The position numbers were made by a program, and so were the translations under genes. Below, piece after piece: positions 1 through 14,554 of a stretch of DNA of 64,000 nt. The notes under the pieces are model-generated. The model was not told the DNA's origin. It saw nothing but the letters and a program-made list of their open reading frames with translations, and searched no databases. Origin of the DNA: Eledone cirrhosa (Eukaryota); assembly GCA_964016885.1 (NCBI GenBank), contig OZ024742.1, positions 161,758,001-161,822,000 on the forward strand, in the 5' to 3' direction. Position 1 is the stretch's first letter, and each line of letters starts with the position of its first letter.

Positions 1-1833
1 AAATGAAGTTTTAAATCTAAGTTACAGAGATTCTGCCAGCTGGCAAAAAAAGTGTAATGATAATATTAGAAGGCTACTAGTTCAACATGGACTGGAACAA
101 GTTAAAAATATAAAGTTTCCTAAAGATAAGAATCGGAGAAAATTTTCAAACATTCATTATACTAGAAAGTTAATTAATAGTGAAGAAATTAACCGTAACT
201 GGTTACGATATTCAGTATTACAAGACTGTGTTCTGCTTTTGCTGTAAATTGTTTAGTAAAAAAATAGCTAGTCTATCAACTCTTGCAGTACATGGATCTG
301 CAGATTGGAAAAATATGTCAGCTATGATCTCATGAAAAATCAACTGAACATTTTGAAAACTTTAATAACTGGAAAGAATTGGATTTGCGATTAAACAGAA
401 TGCAACAATTGATGAGGAAAATGCTCGTCTAATAAAACAAGAAGAACAATATTGGAGACATATTTTAGAACGTTTATTAGCTTTAGTTCGGACACTTGGT
501 GGACAAAATTTAGCCTTCAGAGGATCTGTTGATAAACTGTTTATTGCTGGAAATGGAAACCTTCTTAAGTTTGTAGAATATCTTGCTCTGTTTGATCCAA
601 TAAGTGTTTCTACTTTAGGCACACAGCCAGCAATTACCCAGTGCATTACTGGTACTTTATTTTATCGACCCCGTAAGGATGAAAGGCAAAGTCAACCTCG
701 GCGAGATTGTTTGATCCAATAATGAAAGAACACTTGAGAAGAATTAGAGATAATGAAACCCATATACATTACCTTGGTAAAGAAATGCAAAATGAACTGA
801 TACAGCTATTGTCAAATGTTATTATACATGAAATAGTAAAGTCCTGTCAATCAGCTAAATATTTTTCAATTATACTGGACTGTACTCCAGATGTAAGTCA
901 CACAGAACAAATGACATTGGGAATAAGATTCATTGATATGTGAATGGATGAAGTCAAGATTCGTGAACATTTTGTGACATTTATTAAACTGGTGCATTTA
1001 TGTCTGAATGTCTTCTACAAAAATTGGAAGAACTCGGGTTACCTATGGTAAATATACGTGGACAAGGCTATGATAACGGGAGCAACATGAAAGGCAAACA
1101 TAGTGGAGTTCAAAAAAGAATTCTAGACCTTAATCCTGGTGCCTTTGTTCCTTGCAGTAGCCATTCACTAAATTTAGTTGTGAATGATGCAGCAAAATGT
1201 TGTCTAGAGGCCACTCGTTTCTTTGATATATTGCAACATATTTGTGTTTTTTTTCAAGTGCAACCTATCGTTGGGAAGTTTTGATGAAACATGTGCCAAC
1301 TCTAACAGTAAAACGTTTGAGTGATACATGATGGGAGAGTCGTATTGAAGCCTCTGCGTTACCAGCTTGGCCCTGTGTATGATGCACTAACTGAACTAGC
1401 TGATAATACTAATCTCACTGGATCATCTGGTAATACAACACAATGTGATGCTGAAGCCCTAGCAAATGTTATATCAAATTATAAATTTATTGCTTGCCTT
1501 GTTTGGTACAATATTTTATTTGAAATTAATATAACAAGTAAATTACTGCAAGAAAAAGACTTTGATATTCAGGCTGCACTTCAGCAGTTAAAACAAACAA
1601 AATCATTTCTTGAAAATAGCAGAACAGATGAAGCATTTCAAAGAAATTTGGTTGATGCTTCAGAGATAGCAAGAGAACTTGAAGTTCCATCGGAATTCGA
1701 AAATGAAAAACAAAGAATTAGAAGAAAAAAAAGACAGTTTCAATATGAAAGAATAGATGAACCAATTCAGGATCTGAAGGAAAAGTTCAAGATAGAGTTT
1801 TATTTTACTATATTGGACACAACAATTCAATAA
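1..1833 (+). pseudogene. Decayed hAT transposase (ZMYM1/DUF4371-like), copy 1; runs off the window start, 3'-truncated
   Basis: Frameshifted segments with hAT motifs: LAFRG (~511), [53 protein letters not shown]. Interrupted by a SINE at 604-707; the C-terminal dimerization domain is absent. Confidence 0.9.
604..707 (-). mobile_element. 5'-truncated SINE family 1 insertion with 15-bp target-site duplication
   Basis: Reverse complement of the 3' half of the SINE at 47027-47215. TSD tgtttgatccaataa at 589-603 and 708-722. Confidence 0.92.
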
Positions 1834-4800
1834 TAGCTTGCGCCAGCCCTGGTCATTGGTCAGGTCATTGATGAAGTGAAGCAAGCTTTGCCTGCCTGTC
1901 GGCTTGTTATTGTTAATCGATTTTATTCTCACTACCCTCATCTGCCTGTCTGCTTGTCGCTTGCTTTCATATAATATAAACACGGCCGCTGGCTATCGAC
2001 GTGATTTTTAGTCTTGAGCTTTTGTCTTGATAATAAGGTATGTAGGCCGAAATACTAACTTCATAATGCGTAAAGGTGAATAGGTATTCCATTTCAGAAT
2101 ATGAAAAAACAAAAAGGAGGCGCTGAAAAGGAGCGGGAAAAGAAAAGCTTTGGTAAGCGCGGCTGCAACTTCAGCAAAAATTTCTAAGTTTTTTTCAAGT
2201 GAAGCACAAACCGGAGCTGCAGGTTCAGAAAATGATAGTCAATCTGTAGCTGGAATTACGAGTGATACTAATACCCGACCTGGAGCTGTCAGTGCTACCA
2301 AAACTGGAGCTGAAATTATGGTGAGCGATACCCAATTCGGAGCTCAAATTACTGAGACTGTAATTAATACTCAAACTCAAGTTGGAATTCCTGTGAATGA
2401 TACTCAATCCGTAGTTGAAAATACTGCTGCGAGTGAGGAAAGAGAACAGTCTCTTGATGAGCGTTCGGTTGCAACTGTGGATTACTTTGCGGTGCCAAAA
2501 ACTGCCAGTGACACAAAACGGTTTTTTGCTTACCATCCAGTTCAGCCAAGAAAAATTTCAAAGACAAAAGCTAATGTCTTTGTGCGACAAAATGGCATTG
2601 TTCGTAGTTGGTTGACGCATTCGCAAAGAGAGGAGGCTCTTTTCTGCACTGTGTGCTTAGCTTATTCCAAGGATACTGAACACAGTTCCTTCATAAATGG
2701 AATGAAAGACTGGAGACATGTTCAGAGAATTGAGGAACATGAAAAATACAGGTACCACAATGACTGTGCAGAAACTCATTTTATGACTGTCAATGAGAAG
2801 GATGTCGGGGCTCAATTATTTGCTAAAGAGAGAAGCCTGCGCAAAGAAAAAATTCAGAACAACGGAAGTAATGCAACGTGTAGTTGACATTGTTAAAGTA
2901 ATTGGAAAACGGGGTCTTAGCTACCGTGGATCATCTTCTGAATCTGAGTCAGCATATGGGTTAGTAATCCTATTCTTGATCACGGCACCTTCTTAGAACT
3001 TGTTTTGCTTCTCAGTAAGTATGACATCCTCCTAAAAGATCATCTGGAAAAGGTGATCAAATAGTAAGAAAGCACATGACGCAGTGGTAGTTCTTTGACT
3101 CTCATTTCAAAGACAACAGTTAATCTTGTCCTTATGGCCATTTCTTCCCTGATTAAAAGTGTTATTGTTGATGAAGTTCGACAAGCTGGCATGTTTTCGA
3201 TTCAACTGGATACAACCCAAGATGTTTCAGTGAAAGACCAATGCTCCATAATTCTTCGATACGTCTTTGAAAATCAGATTTATGAAAGACTAATCGCAGT
3301 TGTGAACACCTCGGATTCCACCGGAAAAGGGATATGCGAACCGCTGAAAAAGACACTGGAGGAGGATATATTGGTATTGGGAATTGCGTCTCAAATTCAG
3401 CTGATGGAGTGTCAAACATGCAAGGCATATATAATGGTTGGTTGACGAAAGAAGCTCCTGGACAGATTCATACATGGTGCTACGCACATATACTAAATTT
3501 GGTCATACATGATGCTACTCAGAATATTCTGGCTTCGTCATCACTATTTTCACTGATGAATAAAGTTGTTGTCTTTTTCTGAGAATCGTACAAACGTATG
3601 GATATTTGAGAGAACATCAGCAAAAATCCCAGAAAGAAGCGTCTTCAGATGTTCGGAGAAACAAGGTGGTGGGCTAAACATGCTGCTATTTCCAAAGTAT
3701 TTGGCTGTTTCACAAACGCTAACCCTGATAATAATCTTTACGTGGACGTAGTGCTAGCACTTTTGTCTATCGAAGAGAATGAACAAGCCCAGCCAGATAT
3801 ACAAGCAAAGGCCAGATCCCTCAACGATTCACTATTGAAGTATGAAACTGTTATGGCAGCTTTTATGTATCTTAAAATATTTGAATTGACCACACCATTG
3901 TCAAAGTATCTCCAGACTAGTGGCATGGATGTTCTTAAAGCGCAACAGTTTGTAATGACCACGATAACTGAAGTGCAAAACATACAGAGAGATGTAGAAG
4001 GGGTTCATCGTGCTGTGTCAGAATTTATTGACTGGACTTCCAAAAAACTGGAAGAACGTTGTGAAGCTGATGGGATTGAAACTGTTTTGACGCCTCAAGA
4101 CTCCTTTCCAGAAAAAAGAGAATGCCAGGAGAAAATGGAAAAGACGAACCTATAGCCGACGCAATGGAAGATTTTACTGTGATTGTACATAATAAGATCA
4201 CAGATCAAGTAGTCCAAAGCTTGAAATCGAGTAGTGATATAGCCACCTGTCTGCCTCAGGGTACATTGGAAACATTAAGTAGCCTACTTCTTCGTTTTGA
4301 ACCAAGTGCAATGAAAGAGAACTTACAACTTGAACTGATTAATCTTGCAAAAAATTGGAGCAGCCTTCGCAAAGGACTTCCTGAAGAATATGCCGCTGCC
4401 ACTGCCAGACAATATGATGATGAATATGAAGGTGAGCAAGTGGTTTCAACGGTTTGTAAACGTTGTAAAAATTGTGCAGTGTGCGTTTATCAGACTCTGC
4501 AGGCTTACAACCTTTTGACTGATGCGTATGGACTAATAGGATTAGCTTATAAATTGATGCTGACTCTATCAACGACGCAAGTTGCCTGTGAACGTTCCTT
4601 CTCAACTTTGAAGCTTGTGAAGAACCGTCTAAGAAGTACATTAACTGAAAAGCATTTGGATGCTCTCATGCTCATGTGTGTAGAAAAAGATGTGCTTAGT
4701 CAGGTGGATTGCCAGGATGTTATTGACAAAGTCGCTGAAAACAGTGACCTACTTAAGAAAAACTTGACTTTTTAACTGCTTTGTGTAAATTGTTTTCTTT

Positions 4801-4901
4801 TAAAAAACATTCTTTTCCAAAAAAACATTTATTTAATTTTGTTTATAGGGCTGGTTGCTTCGGATTTGCCAGGGCCGATTTTAAGTCCCAATCCGCCCTT
4901 G
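1834..4901 (+). mobile_element. Decayed hAT DNA transposon, copy 2 (different family); transposase ~2101-4775
   Basis: MKKQKGGAEK start, TTF-type Zn finger (WL...ALFCTVC), GLSYRG, FSIQLDTTQDVS, CYAHILNLV, ETRWWAK, C-terminal VACERSFSTLKLVKNRLRSTL. Several frameshifts and stops. Probable right terminus ...agtcccaatccgcccttg at ~4901. No matching left TIR seen, so the left boundary is approximate. Confidence 0.88.
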
Positions 4902-5424
4902 AGTACTGAGGTCAATTCTTCCTCTATATCTTTTTCTCGCTTTCCTCTCTCTCTCTTTCTCTGGAAGAAATTGGCTGTGTTGAAACCATGAGAGGGGATG
5001 GGCTCTGCAAGGCTCTAATGTGCCCAAGATATGCTGTATGCAGTGAGGTACAAGTCCATACATATAGTCACATTACTAAATACTTCGAAATACTTTATTT
5101 TCAAAACTATTTGACAATCACAGGCAGTGCCTTTTATCAGGAATATGATAATAAAAGGGATGAGACCAACAGAAAAGAGAACCAGATGGCCAGAAAATTA
5201 ATGTCATGTAAAATAGTATATTCATAACTGCTGTCTATATTGTCCTGTGTTGTTCATAAAACTACACTTTCATTTCTAAATCTTCACAAACATCCAAATG
5301 CGTCAATACCACTCACTCCCACACATTTCTTATAATAGCATTTTGAAAAAAATCTCCATCTGCTCTGCTTTGTCTGACTTTCTATCTGTCTGTTTATTAA
5401 CCTCCCTGCTTGTCTGTCTGACTA

Positions 5425-5455
<31 letters not shown>

Positions 5456-5737
5456 ATATGTCTACCTGTATGCCTCTCTATCTGTTTGTCTATCTGTTTA
5501 TCTATCTGTCTCTGTCTGTTTATCTATCTATTTGTTTGTCTTACTATATATCTATCTGTCTGTCTATTTGTGTGTAAGTCTGTCTGTCTGTTTGTCTGTT
5601 TATCTATCTGTGTGTTTGTTTGTCTCTATTTTCTGTTTATCTGTCAGTCAGTTGACCTGTTTCTCTCTGTGCAGTCTGTTTATGAAGACTAACCAACAAT
5701 AACGATACAATTAACTCACAATCTAAAGACAGCATGG

Positions 5738-5769
<32 letters not shown>

Positions 5770-5773
5770 GTAA

Positions 5774-5951
5774 TGTTTCTACTTTTGGCACAAGGCCAAT
5801 AATTACCCCAGTGCATTACTGGTTCTTTATTTTACCGAACCCGTAAGGATGAAAGACAAAGCTAACCGCGGCGGGATTTGAACTCAGAACGTAAAGGGCC
5901 ATAACTCTATGTTGAAAAGCAAGGTGTCTGATGCTCTACCGATACTGCCAA
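5774..5951 (-). mobile_element. tRNA-derived SINE family 1
   Basis: Reverse complement of the family consensus, with A-box tggcagtatcgg and B-box gagttcaaatcc. Its tail abuts (TAA)n. Confidence 0.88.
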
Positions 5952-5952
5952 G

Positions 5953-8220
5953 ACATGATGATAGAAACAATCAAGCAAAAAGTTTCGGCCAAAGCTGCTT
6001 GTATAAGGTGCTTTGAAAAATGCTCTAGATTCTATAAGGACAATATGTTCAAAAACAACCAAAAAAACTTGTATAGAAAAATTGACAAGTCAACAATAAC
6101 TGCTAAATGAATACCATCCAAGGAGGAAGTGCAAGAATTCTGGGAAAAGATCTGGGCCGAAGAAAAGGTTCATAATATACATGTCCCATGGATAGACAGA
6201 CAAATGAAAGATACAGCACACCTTGAGGAACAAACATGGGAAAATATAACAGTTGAACATCTGCGTTTAGCTCTTAGAAAATCCAGCAATTGGAAATCCC
6301 CAGGGAAAGACAAAATACCAAATTTTTGGATAAATGCCTTCACAGAGCCTCATGAGGTGTTAGCCCAACTTTGCAATGAAATGGTTAAGGAGCCAGAAAA
6401 GATACCATCATGGCTAGTTATGGCATTACATTCCTACTTCTGAAGAATGATGAGACAAATAATCCAAAAAATTACAGATTGATAACTTGCTTGACCACAA
6501 TGTATAACATTTTAACATCAGTCCTAACTGAATATACATATGATCACCTGACAACAAATGATATATTTCCCAATGAGCAGAAAGGGTGTAAACGAGGCTC
6601 ATTTGGCTGTAAGGATCAGCTTTTGATTAAAAAAATGATACTGGAAGATTGTCATAGACACAAAAATCTATCAATTGCTTGGATAGATTACAAAAAAGCA
6701 TTCGATAGTTTGCCACACAGTTAGTTTGAAAAGTGTTTAGAGATTTTCAAAATATCTCCTGTTGTCAGGAGGTTCCTGTCATTCAGTATGAAGACATGGA
6801 AAACAACACTCATTTTGAACAGTGAAAAAAAAATCACTGGAAGCTGGAGAAGTTAATATTAGTTCTGGAATTTTTCAGGATGACTCTTTATCACCGCTTT
6901 TATTCTGCATTGCACTTATACCATTAAGTAAAATGTTCAATGAAACAAAACATGGATATAAAGTCTATGGCAAAACCATTAATCACTTGTTCTACATGGA
7001 TGACCTGAAACTATTTGCAAAAAATGATGAGCGATTGCAAGGTCTATTATCCACTGTGAAGCAGTTCAGTGATGATATTAGAACGGAGTTTGGACTAGAT
7101 AAATGCGCCAAAGCCACGTTCACCAGAGGAAAGCTGCTGAGAAGTTCAGACATTAATCTTGATCGAGGGGATGTGATAAGAGATCTTGTTCAAGAGGAAA
7201 CTTACAAATATCTAGGTGTTTGTGAAGGAGACGGAATCAAGCACTCGATGATGAAGGAAAGGATAAGGAAGGAATGTTACTACAGAGTAAGAGCAATCTT
7301 AAGAACGGAGTTGAATGCAAGGAATAGGATCAATGCCATAAACACACTTGCCATACCAGTAGTAACTTAGAGTTTCAATGTCATCAACTGGTCAAGCACA
7401 GAGATCTGTAGGCTCGATACAAAAATTAAAAAATTCTTAAACATGCACAAAATGCATCACCCTAAGGCAGATACATATAGAATATATCTCCCTAGGAAAG
7501 AAGGAGGATGTGGATTAATCCAGTTAGATATTGCTTTGAAAACTGCAACAATTGGATTATCTACATATCTAAGGGAAGCACATGATTGGATCATCAAACT
7601 CGTTTTGAAACATGAAAGCCTCAAAAGATCATACCTGATTACAAAAGATGCACAAAGATACAGTAATGAACTACAAATTTCAGAAGTTCCTTTTACTGCT
7701 GAAATGAAAAATACAGAAAAATCAAAGCCGGTAAAAGTAACTGCAAAGAAAGAACTGCTACAGAAACTGGCTAAGAAATGGCAAGAAAAGCCTCTGTATG
7801 GAAAATACCCAGAAAGAGTTAACAAATCTGATGTTGACAAAACGTTAATTCATCAATGGTTGGCATCCTCTGAACTGAAATCGGTGTCTGCCAACAAAAA
7901 ATGATCAAGCCAACATCATAAAAAATGGATGCAATCCATTATGCCATGTATATAAAAAACAACTAGAGACCATTGATCATATAATTTCAATGTGCAGCCC
8001 TATAGCTCCAACTGAATACCTGAATACGACAGAGCTATACAATACATACATTGGGTAATGTGTAAGCATTTTGACATAACCCATCAAAAGAATTGGTGAG
8101 AGCATCATCCACCTCTCGTACTTGAAAAAGGCCACATCTCAATTTTGTGGAACTTTGGCGTCCAAACAGACCGAAAGATAGATGCAAAATAGACCTGATA
8201 TAATACTGAAGGACATGTCA
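5953..8220 (+). pseudogene. Decayed R4/Dong-type non-LTR retrotransposon (RT + CCHC + restriction-like endonuclease)
   Basis: WKSPGKD, YRLITCL, EQKGC, WIDYKKAFDS, GIFQDDSLSPLLF, HLFYMDDLKLF, YKYLG, LPRKEGGCGL. Knuckle relic LCHVYKKQLETIDHIISMC (~7940-7995) and ILWNFGVQTDRKI..RPDII (~8140-8210). Confidence 0.88.
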
Positions 8221-8273
8221 ATTAGCAAATACCTTGTATGAACATAAAGCAAGATAAATGAAATAATAATAAT

Positions 8274-9482
8274 TGTTTCTACTTTTGGCACAAGGCCAGC
8301 AATTACTCAGTGCATTACTGGTACTTTATTTTATCGACCCCGTATGGATGAAAGGCAAAGTTAACCTCGGCGGGATTTGAACTCAGTCCATAAAGGGACG
8401 TAACTATGCTGCAAAGCATAGCGTCCAACCCTCTACCGATACTGCCAATAATAATCATAATACTAATTTCTACTATAGGCACAAGGCCAGCAGTTTGGTG
8501 GTGGTGGTGGTAGTGGTCGGGGAGTCGATTAAATCAAGCCTGTAAGGATGAAAGGTCAAGCTAACCTTGGCGCAATTTGAACTCAGAATGTAAAGAGTTG
8601 TAACTCTATCCGTCTGCACTGCATAACAGGCCAATAATAGTAATTGTTTCGAATTGAGGCACAAGGCCAGCAATTTTAAGGGAAGGGGAAAGTTGATTAA
8701 ATCGACTCCAGTGCATAACTGGTACTTTATTTTATCGACACTCTAAGGATGAAAGGCAAAGCTAACCTCCACAGGATTTGAACTCAGAAAGTGAAGAGCT
8801 GCAACTCTATGCCATAAAGAGCTATAATTCTATCCATCTGCACTGCATGACAGAGCAATAACAATGATGATGATGTTGATGATTTCAAACATTAGAACAA
8901 GGCCAGCAATTTGAGGTTTGGGGAAAATCAATTATACTGGTACTTTGTTTTATCAACTTAGGAAGGATAAAAGGCAAAGTTGACCACAGTGGGATTTAGA
9001 TTAAGAGCGTAGAAATTTGTACTAAATATTGCAAAGCATTTTTGTCTAATGCTCTACCAATACTGTCAATCCACTGTGATTTCTACTTTAAGTACAAGGC
9101 CAACAATTTGTGAGGCGCGGAAAGTCAATTATATCAACTCCAGTACTTAACCGAAATTGTATTTTATTGACATTAGAAGGATGAAAGGCAAAGTTGATAA
9201 TGAGGACTTTGCCTTTCATCCATTTAAGGGGTCAATAAAATAAGGTACCAGATAAGTACTGGTGTCAATGTAATTGACTTCTCCCCACAAATTATTGTTT
9301 CGAATTAAGGCTCAAAGCCAGCAATTTGGAGAAGGGGAAAATCGATTATATAAATCCAGTACTTAACTGGAGCTTATTTTATTGATATTAGACGGATGCA
9401 AGGTAAAGTTGACCTTGGTGGGTTTTGAACTCATATACCTCAAAGCATTTTGTCTGATGCTCTAACAATACTGCCAATCTAC
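8274..9482 (-). mobile_element. Cluster of about 6-7 SINE family 1-related copies of varying age (youngest 8274-8447)
   Basis: Repeated ggcacaaggccagcaat / ggatgaaaggcaaag / gatttgaactcag blocks. One short + strand piece at ~9205-9290. Confidence 0.8.
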
Positions 9483-11459
9483 TGAATAATAAGCATGATG
9501 TGCTCTGACTATAAATTTACATTGATTACTATTTAGTCAGGGAGGGGAAGACAGTTCCCATTACTCTTTGCAAGGTTTCTGAGACAGATGGGAGGAAAAG
9601 AGGAAGATATTCTCAAACAGGGGACATGGTATGAATACTTTCAACAGAGCAGATGCTCTTAAAGGCACCCAAGGGCTAGATGGTGGTGTTAAACTAGGTG
9701 ATGTATGAAGTCTACCACTGTAGGGGACTCTACAAGAGCCAGATGGTGGTGTTAAATTAAATGATGTATTAAGTCTAATACTCAAGTAGGCTACAGTGGG
9801 ATTTGAACTTACAATGCCAAGAGCCAGAACAAATATTGCAAGGCCTCTTGTCTAATGCTCTAATGCCCCAATCCATTCTTCTGGACTGGTACTTTATTTT
9901 ATTGAATCTGAAAGGATGGAAGGCAAAGTTTGACCTTGGCGAGATTTTAAATCCGAGTGTAGAAAGCTATAACAAACACCACAAGGCATTTTGTCCTATA
10001 TTCTAAAGATTTAAAGGAAATAGGTGTTTCTCTTTGTTGAATATAAGTCACCAATTTGGTGTAAGATGTGTTGTCACCAGATTTGGTTGAAGATGTAAAT
10101 TCCAATTCAGCGGAGAAGTATATTTCAGAAGTTGTTGTTGTTGTGGTAGAGCATAGTATATTTAGAGAGTTGTAATGTTGCCACGAGGAACCAGGTTTGG
10201 TAGAAAGATATAATAGGAATATCGACAACGACTTTAGCTTGGTTTTACATTATTTATTAACAGAGGTTGAGCTGGCATGCCAAGAGAAATTAAACAAACG
10301 AATTAAGATTCCAGAAAGACACGGGCTACTGGCTGAGAGAAGCGTTGCCAGGCCGTGGTTAAATTGTTGTGTTACATATTGTTTGTGCTGGCGGAGCAAA
10401 AGAACAAGCGGTGTTTACTTAGCATGGTCAAGCTTGGAAGTCTTCTAGCCTGGAAGTGGTAGCGTCCTCAAATCTTTGCGGGCTATTTCTCCCTCAGAAC
10501 ACGTAGGGATACATCTTCTTCTACTGGCGCTGATTGGCTGGGCTGAGCCAAATCATGCACAGAGAATGTAAGTGAGCCCGCGGAATGTAGGTCATTACAG
10601 ATTCAACTGATTTGTTGCCTTGTATGTATGGACCTGTAATTCCTGATAGAGTTGTAGGGGCACCGTAGTGATATACAGCATATCTTGGGAATTTTAAACT
10701 TTGTAGAGCCCATCCTTCTTCAGGTATGAACATAACTGATTTCTTCTAGAGAAGGAGAGAGGCAAAGGAAGTGAGAAAGAGATATAGAGGAAGAATTGAC
10801 ACAAGTACTGGACTGGTACATTTTTTATCAACCTTGAGGAGATGAAAGGTAAAGTTAGCTGAGAGCACAGAGAGCTGGAACAAATACTGCAAAACATTCT
10901 GTCTGATGCTCCAACGATTCTGCTAATTCAACGCCTATTCAATACGTGGAGACTTCTGGTGTCCTTGGCCCTAGGACCACCTTCCTACTCACCACCATCA
11001 GCATGGAGTTGGTTACCTGCAGGTGTGAGCCTCGCAAGCTGAAATGGCTCTTCCAGCGCGTCTCCCTCACCATCCACCAGGAAAACACCTCTATTCTGGG
11101 ATGAAATCTGATTGAGGTTAACTTTACTATTCATCCTTTTGAGATTGATAAACAAAGTACCAGTGTAGTACTAGGGTCAATTCTTTCCTGTCTCCGCCTC
11201 TGCAAGAAATCAGCTGCATTCTGACTCAGTGAGAGATGGGTTCTGCCAGGTTTAAAATAGCCAAGATACTCTGTGTCAGGGTCAATCAGAGCTGACTTGT
11301 GGTTAAACAACAATAGCAACAATTCCTTCAACTAAAGGATTTTATCTGAAGCCCATAGTGCAGACTACAATCTAATTTGTATGCTTGCATGAGTTAGATG
11401 GGTTGTCATGATCTGAAGCTAGACAGTTTAGGTGACTGCATCTTGTTCATACACACTAT

Positions 11460-11862
11460 TTTTGGCTTCATTTCAATGGCTAGATGCCCTTCCTAATGCC
11501 AACCAATTTACAGCATGAACTGGGTGCTTTTGTCATTGCACCAGCACTACCATCTTACAGGGTGGACTGAGTGTTTTTTGTCATAGCACCAGCCCTACCA
11601 CCTTACAAGTTGGACTGGGTATTTTTTGTCATAACTGTTTCTACTATTGGCACAAGGCCAGCAATTATCCCAGTACATTACTGGTACTTTATTTTATTGA
11701 CCCCGTAAGGAAGAAAGGGAAAGTTAACCTCGGCGGGATTTGAACTCAGACCATAAAGTCATAACACCAGCACTAACCCCTTACAGATTTGACTGGGTAT
11801 TTTTTGTCATGGCACCAGCATTACCATTTTACAGTGTGGACTGGGTGCTTTTATCATGGCAC
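11460..11862 (-). repeat. Tandem array of the ~49-bp RTE-UTR/SINE module, interrupted by a SINE family 1 copy (11636-11757)
   Basis: Units of gactgggtgcttttgtcatggcaccagcactaccatcttacag-like sequence. The inserted SINE is flanked by TSD gtcataac (11628-11635, 11758-11765). Confidence 0.8.
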
Positions 11863-12949
11863 TGAATATTGATACTTTTCAATGTGGAGTACACATATTA
11901 GATATTAAATATTTTTAGAAACAATAAATTGAGTAAATAGGTGTTCTTTGTGCTTTGAGATTAAATGTCATGAAGGTAAGTTTTACTTTTCATCATTTTG
12001 GCATTAATAAAAGAAAGTATAGTGGGTGGCAAACAGTCAGGATCATTTGAATGTCGGATAGAATGCTTTGTGGTATTTGTTTTGCCTTTCTGTACTCCCT
12101 GAGTTCAAAGTCAACTTAGAGTTTCATCCTTTCAAGAGTGGTAAAAAAAGTACCAATCTAGTACTGAGGTGAATTCTTCCTGTATATCTCTTTATCACTT
12201 CCTTTCTTTCACTTCTTGCATATGAGTTGGTCTCAGGTTGTTGTTTGCCTCATTGAGATCAGATATCAGTTTCCAGGGTCCACTGTGAAGAGGTCAACAA
12301 ACTTGGGCTCTTCTCTATCATTCTCTCTCCTTCTCTGGGAGGAATTGGCTGTGTTCAGACTTGGAGAGTGGATGGGCTCTGCAAGATTTAAAGTGCCAAT
12401 GATGACAATCCTATTAATCCACTATGAGTTATGGGTTCATCCATACTGACAAAATAACGTACTTGTCTCGGGTGGTGGATTGGAGAAATTGTTAAAGCAT
12501 CAGACAAGATGCCTTACAATATTTGTACTGTCTATTTACATTCTTGCTGTGGCCTGCTTTAGTGTTAAACTTAATCCATCACCTTAAAAATACTACCACC
12601 TGATCCTTGGGTGTCTTTAGTAGAGACCACTTTGTTGCGAGCATTCAGAATGAATCTCCAGTTTGACGATTACTTCTTCCCTTCTTTCTATCTCTCAGCA
12701 GTTTTGGAGGCCCTGGGAAGGGTTGGCCCATTGCCAAAGCGGGTGAGAAGGCACTGGATGGCACTGCTCCACTCCTACTTTTCAATGGTGTGCCCTCAGA
12801 TTTAGGAAAAAGAAGTTATTAAAAAAACATCCTAAGCTGCTCTTTGGTCTCAAATAACCATGCCCCATGCCCATTAATTTTTCAGATTTTTATCTGGCAA
12901 ATTTTAATTTTAATTGGTAGCATTATTCCTAAGATCCGTAGACATGGTT

Positions 12950-13531
12950 GACCTATTTAGCAACAGGAGGGTGTGTCAAGTGTATAATAGCTAGAATAAG
13001 GATAGGATTGTTTACAGAATTACTCCCACTGTTGTTCACAAAAGTTTTCTCCCTTCGTACGAAAGGAAGGCTGCATGACATCTGTGTGCGGTGCACAATG
13101 CTGCATGGTAGTGAAACATGGGCTGTGACTGCAGAGGACATGCATACACTGGAGAGAAATGAAGCAACTATGCTTCATTGGATGTGCAATGTAATGGTGA
13201 GAGAAAAGCAGAACTTGAACAAGTTGAGCGAGAAACTGGGTTTAAGAGGAATCCAAGGTGGTGTGCAGGAGAAGACTGATTTGGTATGGACACGTGATGG
13301 ACAATGACTGATGGGTGAAAAAATGCTAGGAAATCCCAGTGGAAGGAAGCTGCAATAGAGGACGACCAAGAAAGACTTGGGCAAAGGTTGTAAGAGCTGA
13401 CCTCAAATCACTAAGATTGGCAGAGGAGATGACGAAGGAATGCAACAAGTGGAGAGATGCTGTGCTGAGAAGGACCCATCCAACCCATGCAAGCGTGGAA
13501 AAGCAGACGTAAAAAAAGATGATGATGATGA
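12950..13531 (+). mobile_element. Old 5'-truncated RTE LINE 3' fragment (lineage C-like) with (GAT)n tail
   Basis: [29 protein letters not shown]; ends gtaaaaaaagatgatgatgatg. Confidence 0.88.
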
Positions 13532-14351
13532 TTATAAAACATACATTATACATGACAAAAAAAATATATTTCTAGAAATCTCATACGTCATAAAATAAAT
13601 ATGATAGGTTGTGGTCTTAATATGTAAACAAAACAACTATTTCTGTTTTTAAAAAAAATTGAGGCAACCTAGAAAATGACTGATTTTCCAATCCGCCCCC
13701 TGCTTACCCCCCCCCCCCCCCCCTCACACACTTATTCCAACTTCTCTGCTTATTTCACCCCAACCCTCACCACACCCTGCTTATTCCAACATCCCCTATT
13801 ATTTGGGACCCGAGTATACATTCCTTCCGAAAGAGTGCTCACTCCACCCTGCCCAGTGTACCAAATTCTGGCGACAGATCTGGAGAGGGTCACAAGCACT
13901 ATTTGTCCTTCTCTGACTAAAAAAAAAAAACAGGAGAAAACCTAATTAACTAAATAAAAATTGCTTTCCCAGGGTGCACAACAATTTTACTGGAGTGAGA
14001 GTGGTAAAGAGGACTGGGAGGAGGAGGAGGGCCTATGTTTTGATAGACTACTATGAAATAGAGCAATAAACCTTCATTGAAATACAGGGTGTGGTATATT
14101 GTTTGTTTGTTCTCACGGCTGTTTATGTGTATGTTGGTGTCTATGTGTAATAGCTGGCTGCTAAGTGATTTTTGTTGTCTGTCAATAAGCAGATAAGCCA
14201 GTCATTGGACAACAGACATCAGCTGAGGTGGTAGTTATACAACACTCACAACAACTCATGGCAGAAATCCTCCTACACACTACACAGACAGACACACTCA
14301 CACACACACATACATATATGCAGACGAAAAATGATGATGATATATGTATAC

Positions 14352-14382
<31 letters not shown>

Positions 14383-14422
14383 TATATATGTATATATATA
14401 CATATTTATATATATATACATA

Positions 14423-14531
14423 CTGTAGTTCCTGCTGTCGAAAGTTGTTTATAATTTTTTTTCAAATTTCTGGTTGTCAAAATTAGGGTGCGTCCTCGAG
14501 GACGAAGCGTCTTCGGTGCCGGGAAATACAG
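14423..14531. mobile_element. Tc2/pogo-like MITE remnant
   Basis: Imperfect TIRs ctgtagttcctg ... ccgggaaatacag, flanked by TA on both sides. Confidence 0.5.
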
Positions 14532-14554
14532 TATTTATTTATATATATATATAT

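Noticed and set aside
9985-10510. Possible host exon (ORFs 9947-10228, 10197-10448)
   Set aside because: No convincing splice sites or motifs; more likely an old LINE relic, too decayed to call.
11460-11862. CRISPR-like repeat array
   Set aside because: Degenerate tandem units with no unique spacers, eukaryotic context and no cas genes.
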